DNA of 60,556 nt, counting the filler, from Dugesia japonica (lineage: Eukaryota): the NCBI GenBank assembly GCA_001938525.1. It is 5 parts of 5 records of this genome, joined end to end, with 100 filler letters (N's around TTAATTAATTAA, not from the genome) between each part and the next. Parts side by side here need not be neighbours in the genome. Positions count along the whole stretch, not along the records: positions 22,975 to 33,474 come from MQRL01613482.1; positions 33,575 to 45,122 come from MQRL01640439.1; 3 more parts are not named here. One strand, given 5' to 3'. Position numbers and translations under genes: made by a program. The notes under the pieces are model-generated. The model was not told the DNA's origin, ran no database searches, and saw only the letters and a program-made list of their open reading frames with translations. Shown here piece by piece: positions 27,457 through 38,776 of this stretch (position 1 is the first letter of the stretch; the number at the start of each line of letters is the position of its first letter).

Positions 27457-28004
27457 AATGTCTATAGTACATGCTCTAATTGTAATCGAGTGTTTAAAAA
27501 TAATATACATAAAATAAACGTTAAAAAATATAAAGAATTACAAGTTAATGAATCAAAGAATGTTAAAAGATGGTTTTAATTAATATTTACAAATCAGGCG
27601 GAATATTCATAATTATAAAAAACTATTTCAATTATTAATTATTTTTAAATGATGTAATTCAGAAGCTTTGACATTTGCATTTAATTTATTAAGAGGAGAG
27701 CCAGTGAAATAAATAGAAATTGAAATAAACGGTGATGATTGCCTGACCAGTGGTGGGTCCCCAATTTCGTTACATCTCATCAGAATAAAATAGAAATGCA
27801 GGCAAATGATCAGGCACTCTATTTTACTCTTTGTCAACTATTATTATTATCAAAATTTTATTGTTTATTGAGTTCGTGAAGTTAAATTTACTCATCAAGA
27901 AGATTTAAAGATTTCACGTAAATTTATATTTTATTTACCAATAATTAATCAACTAATTTTGAGTGACATTCTACCCCTTTGATCGTTCTACCGAGATGTT
28001 AAAA

Positions 28005-28330
28005 GAAAAGAAAATCAAGCCAATATTATGCTGAAATTTAAAGAGAAATTCTGACAAAATTTGTGTGGAAAGTAAAAATTAAATTAATCCAAAATTATGC
28101 TGAAATTTGAAGAGACCTTCTGATGAAAATTTGTGGCAAAGTAAACAGAAAATCAAGCCAAAATCATGCTGATATTCAAAGAGGATTCTGACAAAATTTG
28201 TGGCAAAGTAGAAAGAAAATCAAGCCAAAATTATGCTGAAATTTAAAGAGTAATTCTGACCAAAATTTGTGGCAAAGTCAAGCGGGAATTATGACAAACA
28301 CATGCTGTAAGTTAAAGAGAAGTTATTAAA
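28005..28330. repeat. ~67-bp tandem repeat, 4-5 copies
   Basis: GAAAATCAAGCCAAAATTATGCTGAAATTTAAAGAG..TTCTGACAAAATTTGTGGCAAAGT at ~28011, 28080, 28148, 28215. Confidence 0.92.
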
Positions 28331-29449
28331 AGTTTGTATAGAATTCATGAAAAATAGAGTCGAAAAAGATAACTCTCAAGCGTACTCAAGTTGTCAAGAA
28401 ATTGTGTTGAAAAAAAAACATCACGAAAGGATGTTGGAAAGTTGATGGAAAAGTCAATGAAAGTTTCCAAAATTTGGTGTATAATATTTAATTAGAATTA
28501 CTGATGCAAATTGACACGAAATAATGCTTATAAGTAACCAAAGGTTGAATGAAAGTTAATGAGAAGTGAGGTGGAGAAAAAAAATTGCTGTGCATCTTTA
28601 TGAGGCCTTGGTCATCACCATGTTCTGATTTTGTGAGTCTTGTCATCTTGTGGTTTGAGACAGAGTGTTGGGTTGAATGTCTCTTGTAAATATGGTTTTA
28701 TAGATTACTCAATAAAAGTTTAAAATTTTATATTATTTTATTTTTGTAAATCAGTTAATTATTGGTTTTATAAAGATGAATCCTAACTTGATTTTAAATT
28801 TTTGTTATGATTTATTTACGATAAAGTCATTTTTTTAATGTTAATTTAGATTAATTAAATGAGTTATCATAAAGTTTGATTCTTTAGATTATTGTGATTA
28901 GTTACGATATAGTTTTCAATTTAGTTTAAATCTATGATTTGAGATAAATTTGGTTACTTAAAATCTAGTTATTTAGTAATAAATTTTTAGACAGCTAAAC
29001 GGGAGTACTATAGTGAGGCACTCAACGCCACAATTTGAATTGTCTCACACTATTATCGTTTTGATTATATATTGATAGGGAACTTTATTTTCTTTATATA
29101 ACAAACGTTTTAAAAGGAGGTTTTGTTCAGCTCATTTTGATTATTTAAGACCATTGTGTACTTTAATTGTGTGGTCCTGTATGACCTATTTTCTTCCACA
29201 GTTATTAATGATGATTTACGAATGAAAGATAAAGGAAAGAGGTCACTGAGCAACAACAGACCACAAGGCTCAATAGCTATGAGTAAAGACGGGATACCGA
29301 AAAGTCGCGCTGGACCCAGGAAAGAGAGGACCATGGTACAGAGATACCATAAATGCTTATGGTTTTTAGGTATACCCCTAGACATGAATTTATGCGTTAA
29401 ATGCAGAAACGAGTAGATGAGAGGGAAAGTTAAACTAAATATTCAACAT

Positions 29450-30785
29450 AAAAATCCTAAAAATCCAACAGAAACATAATTCAAATTATATAATTTAAAA
29501 GGTTTATCTATTATATATAAATTCACTTACATCGGAACAAAATATGTAATGATTATTATTATATATTAATAAATTTGTATAGTGAATATTATTTTAATCT
29601 GTTGGTAACCAATAATAATTACTTAATATCATTGGTATTATTATTTGTTTTCATTTTTTTAAGTTTAAATATATTAACCTTTATATTGAAATTATTATCA
29701 TTATTAAATCTCTTTATATCTTCAAATGAAACAGGTACATCTTTTTGAAAATTCATTAAATTCTCAATTTCAATATAATCTTTATTATTATATTTTAAGG
29801 AATTTATTNNNNNNNNNNNNNNNNNNNNNNNNNNNNNNNNNNNNNNNNNNAATAATACTTTTGATTTAAATGGTAATTTAATCCATGCTCCTCCTAATGG
29901 TGGTGAATATTCTCCAATAAACATATCTATTGATTCTATATTTTATATAATTAATCCACTTTCATTACCTTTATATTCAATTATTCTATTACTCAAATAA
30001 TTGTAAGTAGAATCCATTTTAAATATTAAATCATCATAATTTAATATTATTTCTGGTGATGCTGTAAAATTAATATTTACTTGTTCTTCTATTTTATTTA
30101 AATATATACAAGTAACTCCGACTCTTATTTTTAAATTATCATATATATCCAAATAATGATTGGTTTGTTTTTTGAAAATATCAAATGATGGAATTATTTT
30201 CACAGTTTCGGAATCTATATCTATATTAGGATATNNNNNNNNNNNNNNNNNNNNNNNNNNNNNNNNNNNNNNNNNNNNNNNNNNGTACATCTTTTTGAAA
30301 ATTCATTAAATTCTCAATTTCAATATAATCTTTATTATTATATTTTAAGGAATTTATTGTTCCATGATAAAAAAATTTATTATCATGATAATTTTTATTA
30401 AATAATACTTTTGATTTAAATGGTAATTTAATCCATGCTCCTCCTAATGGTGGTGAATATTCTCCAATAAACATATCTATTGATTCTATATTTTATATAA
30501 TTAATCCACTTTCATTACCTTTATATTCAATTATTCTATTACTCAAATAATTGTAAGTAGAATCCATTTTAAATATTAAATCATCATAATTTAATATTAT
30601 TTCTGGTGATGCTGTAAAATTAATATTTACTTGTTCTTCTATTTTATTTAAATATATACAAGTAACTCCGACTCTTATTTTTAAATTATCATATATATCC
30701 AAATAATGATTGGTTTGTTTTTTGAAAATATCAAATGATGGAATTATTTTCACAGTTTCGGAATCTATATCTATATTAGGATATT
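29450..30785 (-). pseudogene. Polinton pPolB N-terminal fragment, present as a 550-bp exact tandem duplicate (likely assembly artefact)
   Basis: ESGLII*NIESIDMFIGEYSPPLGGAWIKLP...DNKFF resembles the 26.2-26.4 kb motif; identical copies offset by 550 nt and bounded by N gaps. Confidence 0.65.
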
Positions 30786-30849
30786 TTAGAGATTGCAAAT
30801 GCTGCAAATGTTTCTGTAAAGGAAATGAAGAAATGGTTTGGGAATGCAA

Positions 30850-31775
30850 TTTTAATAAACCAATGCAAAGACAGTTTACTACTCATAAACACGTTGTTGC
30901 TGACGTTAATAGACTATGACAGATGATTTTGATGGAAATGATTGACGCTAATATAATAATAAAACATATATCTTTACATGGGTTGATGGATTTTGTTGGT
31001 ATGCTCGGCAGTTTCAGGAAACAGAAATCTTGAAAGTATATATTGTTGGTTTTTGTTAAAGATAAATTACTAAAATAATATTTATTCAAAGTAAAACAGG
31101 TTCGAATTATCCTCTTCTAAAATCTGAATACTTAACTTTTATATTATTTCACAATTTTAACGATACATACCTGAAAGCTTTTCAAACTGATTTGAGTAAA
31201 TAGTTTCAGCATTCTAGAAAAAATTACATACATTGCACTATTCAATATTTTTAAGTACAAAGCTGCCTTAGTTGAGTGATTTAATGGTACCTTATGTACT
31301 CAATTAAGCAAGCTTTTTACTTAAAAAGGCAATAAAAATGGATACATGTTTTACCAAAAGTTTTTTATGTATTTAAAACATCACAGAAGGAAAGAAACCA
31401 GATGATGTTGCAAATAATGATTTTAGACATTATTTCACTTATCAACAATAAAAATCAAAATAGAAAATTTGTCAACAAAATTGTCGTACAAAATTTTCAA
31501 ATATATATNNNNNNNNNNNTACCAAAAACTTTGATAATAATTGAAGTGATGAAGTATTTCATATCTCAGAAATCAACACCAGACAAATGCCAGTTATGTA
31601 TTTGTTACGTGATGAAGATGATAATATTATGCAAGAATTACAAGTGTTGCCTGAAAACTAAGTATATATCGAAACAAATAAATTCTCAAAACCAAAGACC
31701 AAGGACAATATAAACAATATCTAATTAAATGNCATGGGTATTCAAAACCTACGTGGATTCAAGAATCTCAAAAAA
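30850..31775 (+). pseudogene. Polinton/Maverick retroviral-like integrase with C-terminal chromodomain
   Basis: RL*QMILMEM...YIFTWVDGF (WQADL.DM...YIL..ID.F), QTDLSK*F, KAALVE*FNGTL, chromodomain KQYLIK(W)HGYSKPTWIQES (31712-31768). Confidence 0.8.
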
Positions 31776-31950
31776 ATGAGTTTTTGTATGATTTTTCCAA
31801 GCCATAGTTGTCCAAAATCTTGGCCTGATAATAATTCAAGCAAGTTTTTGGTTGACTATGACAAATACCATCAATTTAAAGGATGACTGTTGGAAAGTTG
31901 CCATGACAAAATTTGTTTTTTAATTATTTTCCACAGACTATAGACACAAG
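31776..31950 (+). pseudogene. Polinton minor capsid (penton) N-terminal remnant
   Basis: MSFCMIFPSHSCPKSWPDNNSSKF...FKG*/WKVAM matches the FY.TLPSN....P.N..S.F.....L.G.WEVAL start of Maverick minor capsid; lies directly after the integrase. Confidence 0.65.
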
Positions 31951-33474
31951 TTAAAAAATTGAATATAAAATAAGAGAGGTGAAGGAAATTATAGATAAAT
32001 TTCAATTAAGTATTGCAAATGGTATTCTTCAACTTAAAAATACCGTCCCTATCAATAAATATAATTGTTTTATATTTTATGAAGAAAATAAAGTAATATT
32101 AAGGTGCAAATATNCTCACTGTTAAAATAGATATTTATGTTATTAATAATATTTTTATATAGTATTGCTGATTGCACAACGCTCAAAAAATTTACATGTT
32201 TTGATATATAAAAATTCTCACAGTTACACACTACAAAATAATATGTGAACTTAATTGTTTGCATTCACAAATAATTAGAAATATGCTCAGTTCTTTTATT
32301 GAACTTACGTTTTTACATTGTTTATGAATTACTACTATTTTATTTTCACTCCTTAGACAATTTATTTGATATATCTTGAAAATCTAACAAATTTAATTAA
32401 AACCAAAACACTTATTGATATTAAATTAAAGTCGTGTGGAAAATGTCCGTGAAAAACAAGTATTTGGTGCACTATAAGAATTTTGAGGATTTAAAATGAT
32501 AACTTTTAGCATCTCTTAATAATCTTAAATTAAATAATTTTTCGCTATTAAAATATACATGAAACTACACATATTTTATTTTTTCTAAAATATTCTGTCA
32601 TTAATATTTATATATATATATATAGACTGATAGCGAGAGAGAGAAATTACAAGAAAAGATTTTCAAAAAAACTGATTCTTAATAATGGGTTCTTAATTTA
32701 CTACTTTATTTTCTGTAATAAATCAATAATTCCAACTACTAAATTGACAGTTGAAAAACTTGTAAATCTAACAGCACATTTATCGAGATAAGACCCCATT
32801 TAAAATACAGCAAAGATTAATTTTTTTTAATTAGATTGAAGAAAAAATGAATTTTTTTAAATGTAATCTATTCCCTNGTGATAATAATAAATATCGTTGA
32901 TACAGATTATTATGATAATAATTTTTCTTTCCCAAATTAACAGGAACAAAATACTTTATCTTTGTTATCAAAATTTTATTATTTATTTTCTGTTTAGTTT
33001 TCTGTGTATTAAAATTTTCAGCATTAAAAAAAAGCTTCGATCAATATTTTGTCAATTGTCTGCAAAGTTAATGAATTTAGAAATTGTTTATTATATCCAT
33101 TTGCTTGCAGTAACTTTAATAAATATTCAATGCTTTTGTTGGGCTGGAACACCAAAATTAGGCGAGGAACTAAATAAATACAGAAGGGTGAAGATATGTA
33201 AGATAAAGAAGAATTTCCACCAAAATCGATGATCTGGACCAAAATATCCTTAAGAAAAGCATTATTATTATTATTATGGTCATTATTATTATGTAGTTAT
33301 CATTATTATAATTATTATGGTGCATTTTAGAAGTTATCAAAAAAATGAAAATTGGGCGTAGGGGACCCAAATTTAGTTGGACGAAACTGGCAGTTATATA
33401 TAACTAAAGACAATTAGAGAATAAATAATAAAAATAATATATGCTAATATAATAAATTATTAAAGAGGCCTCTG

Positions 33475-33574
33475 NNNNNNNNNNNNNNNNNNNNNNNNNN
33501 NNNNNNNNNNNNNNNNNNTTAATTAATTAANNNNNNNNNNNNNNNNNNNNNNNNNNNNNNNNNNNNNNNNNNNN
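33475..33574. other. Artificial scaffold linker
   Basis: N44-TTAATTAATTAA-N44. Confidence 0.97.
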
Positions 33575-33909
33575 TTTAAAAATAAAAATTAAAATTCATA
33601 ATTAAAATAAACCAATAAAATTTCAATAAAATCTAAAGAATTCAGTAACAAAGATCTATTGCATTGAATCGATCCAGAAGTCATCGTGTTCTTGAGGAAG
33701 ACCATTGTAGAAAATTTGAATTTCTTTAAAAATACATTTTATTTTGATCAAAACTTTTTCTTTATTTTAATAAAATCTCAAATGTGATCAATGATTAAGT
33801 CCAACAATTATTCTCACAATAATTGTAATTTTAATATTAAGACCAATAAATAATAAACATGTCTAGGGAATTTTAATATTAAGTCTTTCCGAGGAATTCT
33901 GGCCAGATG

Positions 33910-34043
33910 ACCTTGAAACACTTCGACCAATAAGATCGCAGGATACTATATCACCTTGATCTTGAAATATTTCGATCAATCATATCGCATGATACTATAT
34001 CGACTTGATCTTGAAATGTTTCGACCAATCAGATCGCAGGATT
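33910..34043. repeat. 49-bp tandem repeat (~2.7 copies) carrying CCAAT-like boxes
   Basis: Units start at 33912, 33961, 34010 (CTTGAAA...TTCGACCAATCAGATCGCAGGATACTATATC). Confidence 0.92.
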
Positions 34044-34459
34044 ATATAAAAAAATATTTCATTGTCTTCAAAATAAATTTTTCGACATAGTCACCCAAAA
34101 TTCCAGGGTTCGTGGCTTCTTTGATCAAATCCAATGATGTCTTGGTCGCCATATTAGTTAAATAAAAAAATTCGCAACTCTCAATAATTTTTTATTTGTT
34201 ATTACAAGTGTTTTTGATTAAAGTAAAATAATGATGAAGAATAATTTATAGTATTCAAACGAAAATCTGAGAAATTTTTCAATTAAATATTTTAAAAATA
34301 TCGATTTTTAATTTAATGAAATATTTTATTTAACACGTTTCAAAAATAAAATTTAATATTATGTATATAAAAATTTAAAAATCTCTCAGATATTTAAAAG
34401 TATGAATGATTCTTACAAATTGGAAATCATTTTTCAATTTATTAAAATTTTAGGATTCT

Positions 34460-35100
34460 ATAGAGTTATATAATACACATAATTAACCCTCTAGAGTACT
34501 GCAATACACATAATGAACCCTATAAAGTCATATAATACATCCAATAAACCAAACAAATATGCAAAATATGTTTAATATACACAAAAAAGCAATAAATCTT
34601 ATATACATAATAAACCCATTATAAACACATACTATATACATATTTAATTTAGTGTATGGGAACCATTGGATTTCTATGTATAAGTTTATATTAAGTTATA
34701 TATGTTTATTTCAGTAACTTTATTGGGGATATTTGTTTGTATATTATGCGACTATATGTTTTATATGACTATATTGGGTTTATTATACGCATTTAACTGA
34801 AAGTATGGAGTTTGTGATGTCATTTTACTGGTTCAATTGAGTTATTTATGTGTATTTAATGACTCTATTAGTTAATTTTATGTACTGTATGTCTTAAAAG
34901 ATTTATTGTGTGTATTATATATCTTTATTAAGTTTATTGTATGTATTATATTACTATATTTGGTTTATAGTATGTATTTATCTGTATGTATTAGGTTTAT
35001 TGTGTGTATTTAAGTGACTTTATTGTATATTTGTGTGTATTATATAACATTATTGGGTGTAATTTATGATTTTATTTTGTGTATTAAAATTGATAGTTGT
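34460..35100. repeat. Foldback-like degenerate minisatellite
   Basis: Left arm repeats AATACACATAATAAACC, right arm repeats its complement GGTTTATTGTGTGTATT, switching near 34645. Confidence 0.7.
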
Positions 35101-35583
35101 ATATAGTTTTGTAATTTTAAATCTTTTATAGTTTTCTACTGTTATGGTCGACTAAAACGTCAACGAGCCAGTAATATTTGTCATCTCATTCCGCGACTAC
35201 CGATACCAAATATGTCGCTATAACACATTCCTATCCATACGCTATTTTCTTTGGAGCAAATATTCTGCGTAAATGATAGTACTTGTTTAGGTTATGTTTA
35301 CTACAAATTTTACATTTCAAAATGAACATTTTACTAATCAAATTGGACGTTTTTTAAAAACGTTGGAATTTCAAAAAAATAACATTCATAGTAGACCGCC
35401 AGTATGAATAACTGCTCATATCTTATGTTGTTAAGACTACCAAGTGCATTAGTCAAGTTGGCAAGCCTTTGCACACCGTCATTATAAAAACCAACTAACT
35501 TTTAAACTAAATTTGCAGACAAGAGTTTCATTTTTTGAGTCCACATTTGAAATTTGCAACTAAGTTAACAAACTTGGTAAATA

Positions 35584-36692
35584 TACAGTTCTTATGTATA
35601 ATTTCTTAACATATATGTATATGCATAGTATCTACAAATAAAATTATTTTTAAAAATAGCTCCAAAAGATACTGAGTGGACTGACGAAAGCATGTTTCCA
35701 ACACATTTCTGACGGAAACAAATTATTTCCTCAGAATAATCAGAATCAAATCCAGATATTCCTGTTGTAAATCATCGACCAAAAAAATATAAGAATATCA
35801 GTCGAGATGAGAAAAACCTTTTGATAAAATGTTACGAAGATTGAAAAATGATCAACGAATCAGTGGAAATCGTTGGGATTAATTAAAGCACTGCAATGGA
35901 AATTATATCTGAATATAAAATAAATGGTGGAGAATTTATAAAAACAAACATGGTGGAAAAAGAAATAACAAATTATAATAAGAATTAAAAAATGATAATG
36001 AAAAAATAGTTGAGGAAAATCCGTATATTACTTTTAAAAAAATCGTGATAACATTTTAGAGAATAAATGAATAAATTTGAGTATTGCCACAATCTAGAAT
36101 GGATTAAAAAATTGCGGATCAAATTAAAATGCTCATCAATCAAACCCGAGCGCAGAAACTCATTAAGAGCAATGGATGCACGCAAGGATTATGCATTATA
36201 ATTTTTGAGCAACGTCCCAGAAGATCGGCAATTAATTATCTATATTGACAAATCCAGTTTTAATTATCATTTACGGCGAAGAATATCTCGATCAAAAATT
36301 AACACACCAACAATGAGAGGACAAAATGTTTCACTTATTGCGACTATGAAAATCGATGGAATAATATGACATCAAACAATTTCTCACTCTGCCGTTAATT
36401 AAAATATTTTCTCCACATTTCTTCAAAGATTATTTGAAAAACTAGCAGAAAAAAATTGAAATGCGGTATGGTTAATTTTGGATAATGCAAGCTTTCATCA
36501 TACTCAAGAAGTGCGTAAGATTATCGAACAGATAGGTCAAATATTAATTTTTTTACCACCATATTTGCCAAAAATGAATACTATCGAAGAGGTATTTTCG
36601 AAAATTAAATTTTCTGCTACGAATTTGTTGGCGTATCCAAATTTGGAAGACGTAATAATTGAGTCTATTGCAACCGTCACTTTTACAAATTG
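35584..36692 (+). mobile_element. Tc1/IS630-family DD34E transposon remnant
   Basis: HTH region (GIN*STA..I), YIDKSSFN, RGQNVSLI, LDNASFHH...FLPPYLPKMNTIEE with 34 residues between D and E; TA-CAGT at ~35584 as possible left end. Confidence 0.88.
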
Positions 36693-36881
36693 CTACCACA
36701 TGGATTGTTGGCAATAGTCATCTATTGCCAGTTCAGTAACAATCCTTAACCGGGCGTCCATGTGGCGTGGTGAAGGTAGAAAAGTGGAAGTAAGCATTTA
36801 TATTGTAATTAAATTTTACTGAGTAACAATANNNNNNNNNNNNNNNNNNNNNNNNNNNNNNNNNNNNNNNNNNNNNNNNNN
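36692..36881 (+). ncRNA. Putative HDV-like self-cleaving ribozyme at the 5' end of the RTE-like element (3' part hidden in gap)
   Basis: P1 TACCAC(36694-99)/GTGGTG(36767-72); structured J1/2; P3-L3-P3 GCG-TCCATGT-GGC (36754-66, one mismatch); P1.1 GG (36775-76); a P4-like hairpin closes at the N gap (36832-36881). Confidence 0.55.
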
Positions 36882-36961
36882 GGAACAAGCGTAGAAATGC
36901 GTCTTGAAAATCCTGAACAGTCCGTAAAAAAAGTGCTTATTGATCAATAAAATCCTAGAAC

Positions 36962-37620
36962 TACAACCTAGTTGGCTTGTTTTAATACAGACTGATCATG
37001 TACTTCTATGAAACGATGCTTAGGAGTGATAAGCATTGGAGAGTGCTCAACACTTGGACAGAAATGGCCCCCGATCTGGATGGATCCGAACAAATAACAC
37101 ATCAATCTATTTATAGTATCACAACTTAGTGGACCTGTTGAAATACACAGGTTGATTATGTGGTCCTATGGAGTGTATAACTCATATACTCTTTATGAGT
37201 AAGTTAGAAAAAAGCTGCAGTGGCGAAGGTATTCGACGTACCTTATAAGCAAGGGTGAACAAAGCAACAGCATTGTAGCAGCTGTAACTTATATCNCCGT
37301 GTCTAGGACTGTTCTTGTCAGATTTAGTTAGGAAACCAACTAATTACCTACCTTTACGGATGGTTTAACGAAACAATATAACATCACAATTAGTTGGCTG
37401 GTTGTGAAAAATAAACTGATTAAGTGGTTCCTATGAAATTAAACTTATACATTCTTAATGGATTATAAGTACGTATTAATATGTTGCAGTGGCAAATTTT
37501 CTCGAATTACGACTACGACGTGCCACATGAACAAGGGTGTATATAGCAGCAGCATCATAGCTGCTGTAATTTACTTATACGACGTTTGATGTTTCCTTAT
37601 AGTATAGCTGATTTAGTTGA
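36962..37620 (+). repeat. Three diverged tandem copies of a multi-hairpin motif
   Basis: Copies at ~36962-37038 (partial), 37118-37330, 37383-37620 sharing ACAA..TAGT, TGAT.A.GT, YCTATG; copies 2 and 3 also share TGCAGTGGC, CGACGT, CAAGGGTG, GCTGTAA, GATTTAGTT. Confidence 0.8.
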
Positions 37621-37850
37621 CGAATCATGCTCCCTGAGATTGACCGCATTCTGAACAGTCTGGTATGCCACTTAAAAATATCTGAATATCCGGTGAAAGC
37701 TGACTAGGAAGTTTGTCTGATTAAGGTGGGTGAGAACCAGCTCTATGACCTTTTGAACAGAGGATTTGAATCCCGCTAGAAATATTCAATGTCGTAGGAC
37801 CAGAAGTCAGCCGGCGGTATATCTGTTAATATACCAAAAACAAAAAACTT

Positions 37851-38776
37851 ATGATAATGTTCACTAATAATATAACTAGTCTAACAATGAGGACCTCATT
37901 TTTGTCGCCAAGATTGAGGTTTGGTACCTGGAACATTAGCGGCTTATACATTGAGTATAAACGTCTTAGCCTGATTGATATGTTTAATGAGCTGTCATTA
38001 GACCCTTTAATTCTGTCTGAGACACATCAAAATCCAACAGAATGTAGAAATGATGACGAAGAACTTGCAATATTCTATATAGATCTGAATGCCGGAATCG
38101 TATCCATGAATGACTCTACAGGAGGAGGTAAGCTCACCAGGGGACGTTCAGTAGTGCATGTAATCCATGGGGAATATGGCGACGACTTATATATACTGGG
38201 AGAGTCAGTATCGGAAGTGAACCGTAACCTTAACAAATTACAGGCAGTGCTCGAAACCATGAGTATCAAGATTAGCTCTTCAAAAACAAAGGCTATGAAA
38301 ACAGCTGGACACTTTGAGGACATATCTATATTGCTCTGCGGGGTCGTCATTGAATTATTAGACAAATTCCGATATCTGGGCAAATTGTTGATGAAACCGG
38401 TAAAATCGATAGAGAAATAGAGGCACGTTTAGCTTTAGGTCAAGTAAAACTCTGTTATATGTCACTTTTGCTTGGTAAGGCCAACTTTCCTAAATATATC
38501 AAGTTAAAACTCATCAGAGGTATCATCTTTCCAACCATTTNNTATTGGGCCGAAACATGGAACANCACTGCAAGGTATGAGTCAATACTTGAGGAATTTC
38601 TCAACGATTGCAGGCATAAATGTCTAAACACAAGTCGATTCGATCATATCAGGAACGAAATTCTGCAACGTAGGATAAACCTCCCTGCTGTAAGAACAGT
38701 ACTGGCTTCCCGCCAACTGCTGTTCAGAACAAAAATCTTGAACGATATTTATTTGTCGAAATGTCTAAGATATTAA
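37851..38776 (+). pseudogene. RTE-like endonuclease/reverse transcriptase, internally deleted and frameshifted
   Basis: ORFs 37851-38420 and 38459-38776 with the motifs above. Confidence 0.88.

Noticed and set aside
27739-27816. Hammerhead on the minus strand (CTGATGA...CGAAA) inside a 10-bp stem
   Set aside because: Stem II does not pair and no stem III with NUH triplet can be formed.
28005-28330. CRISPR-like repeat
   Set aside because: The whole unit is repeated; no unique spacers.
29110-29416. Overlapping 86/91-aa ORFs as genes
   Set aside because: No recognisable motif; likely a TE scrap with locally higher GC.
29735-30784. 550-bp tandem duplication as a real gene duplication
   Set aside because: Copies look identical and are bounded by N gaps, typical of scaffolding overlap.
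37726-37778. tRNA gene (T-loop-like GATTTGAATCC)
   Set aside because: No cloverleaf with D arm and 7-nt anticodon loop; part of the LINE 5' structure.
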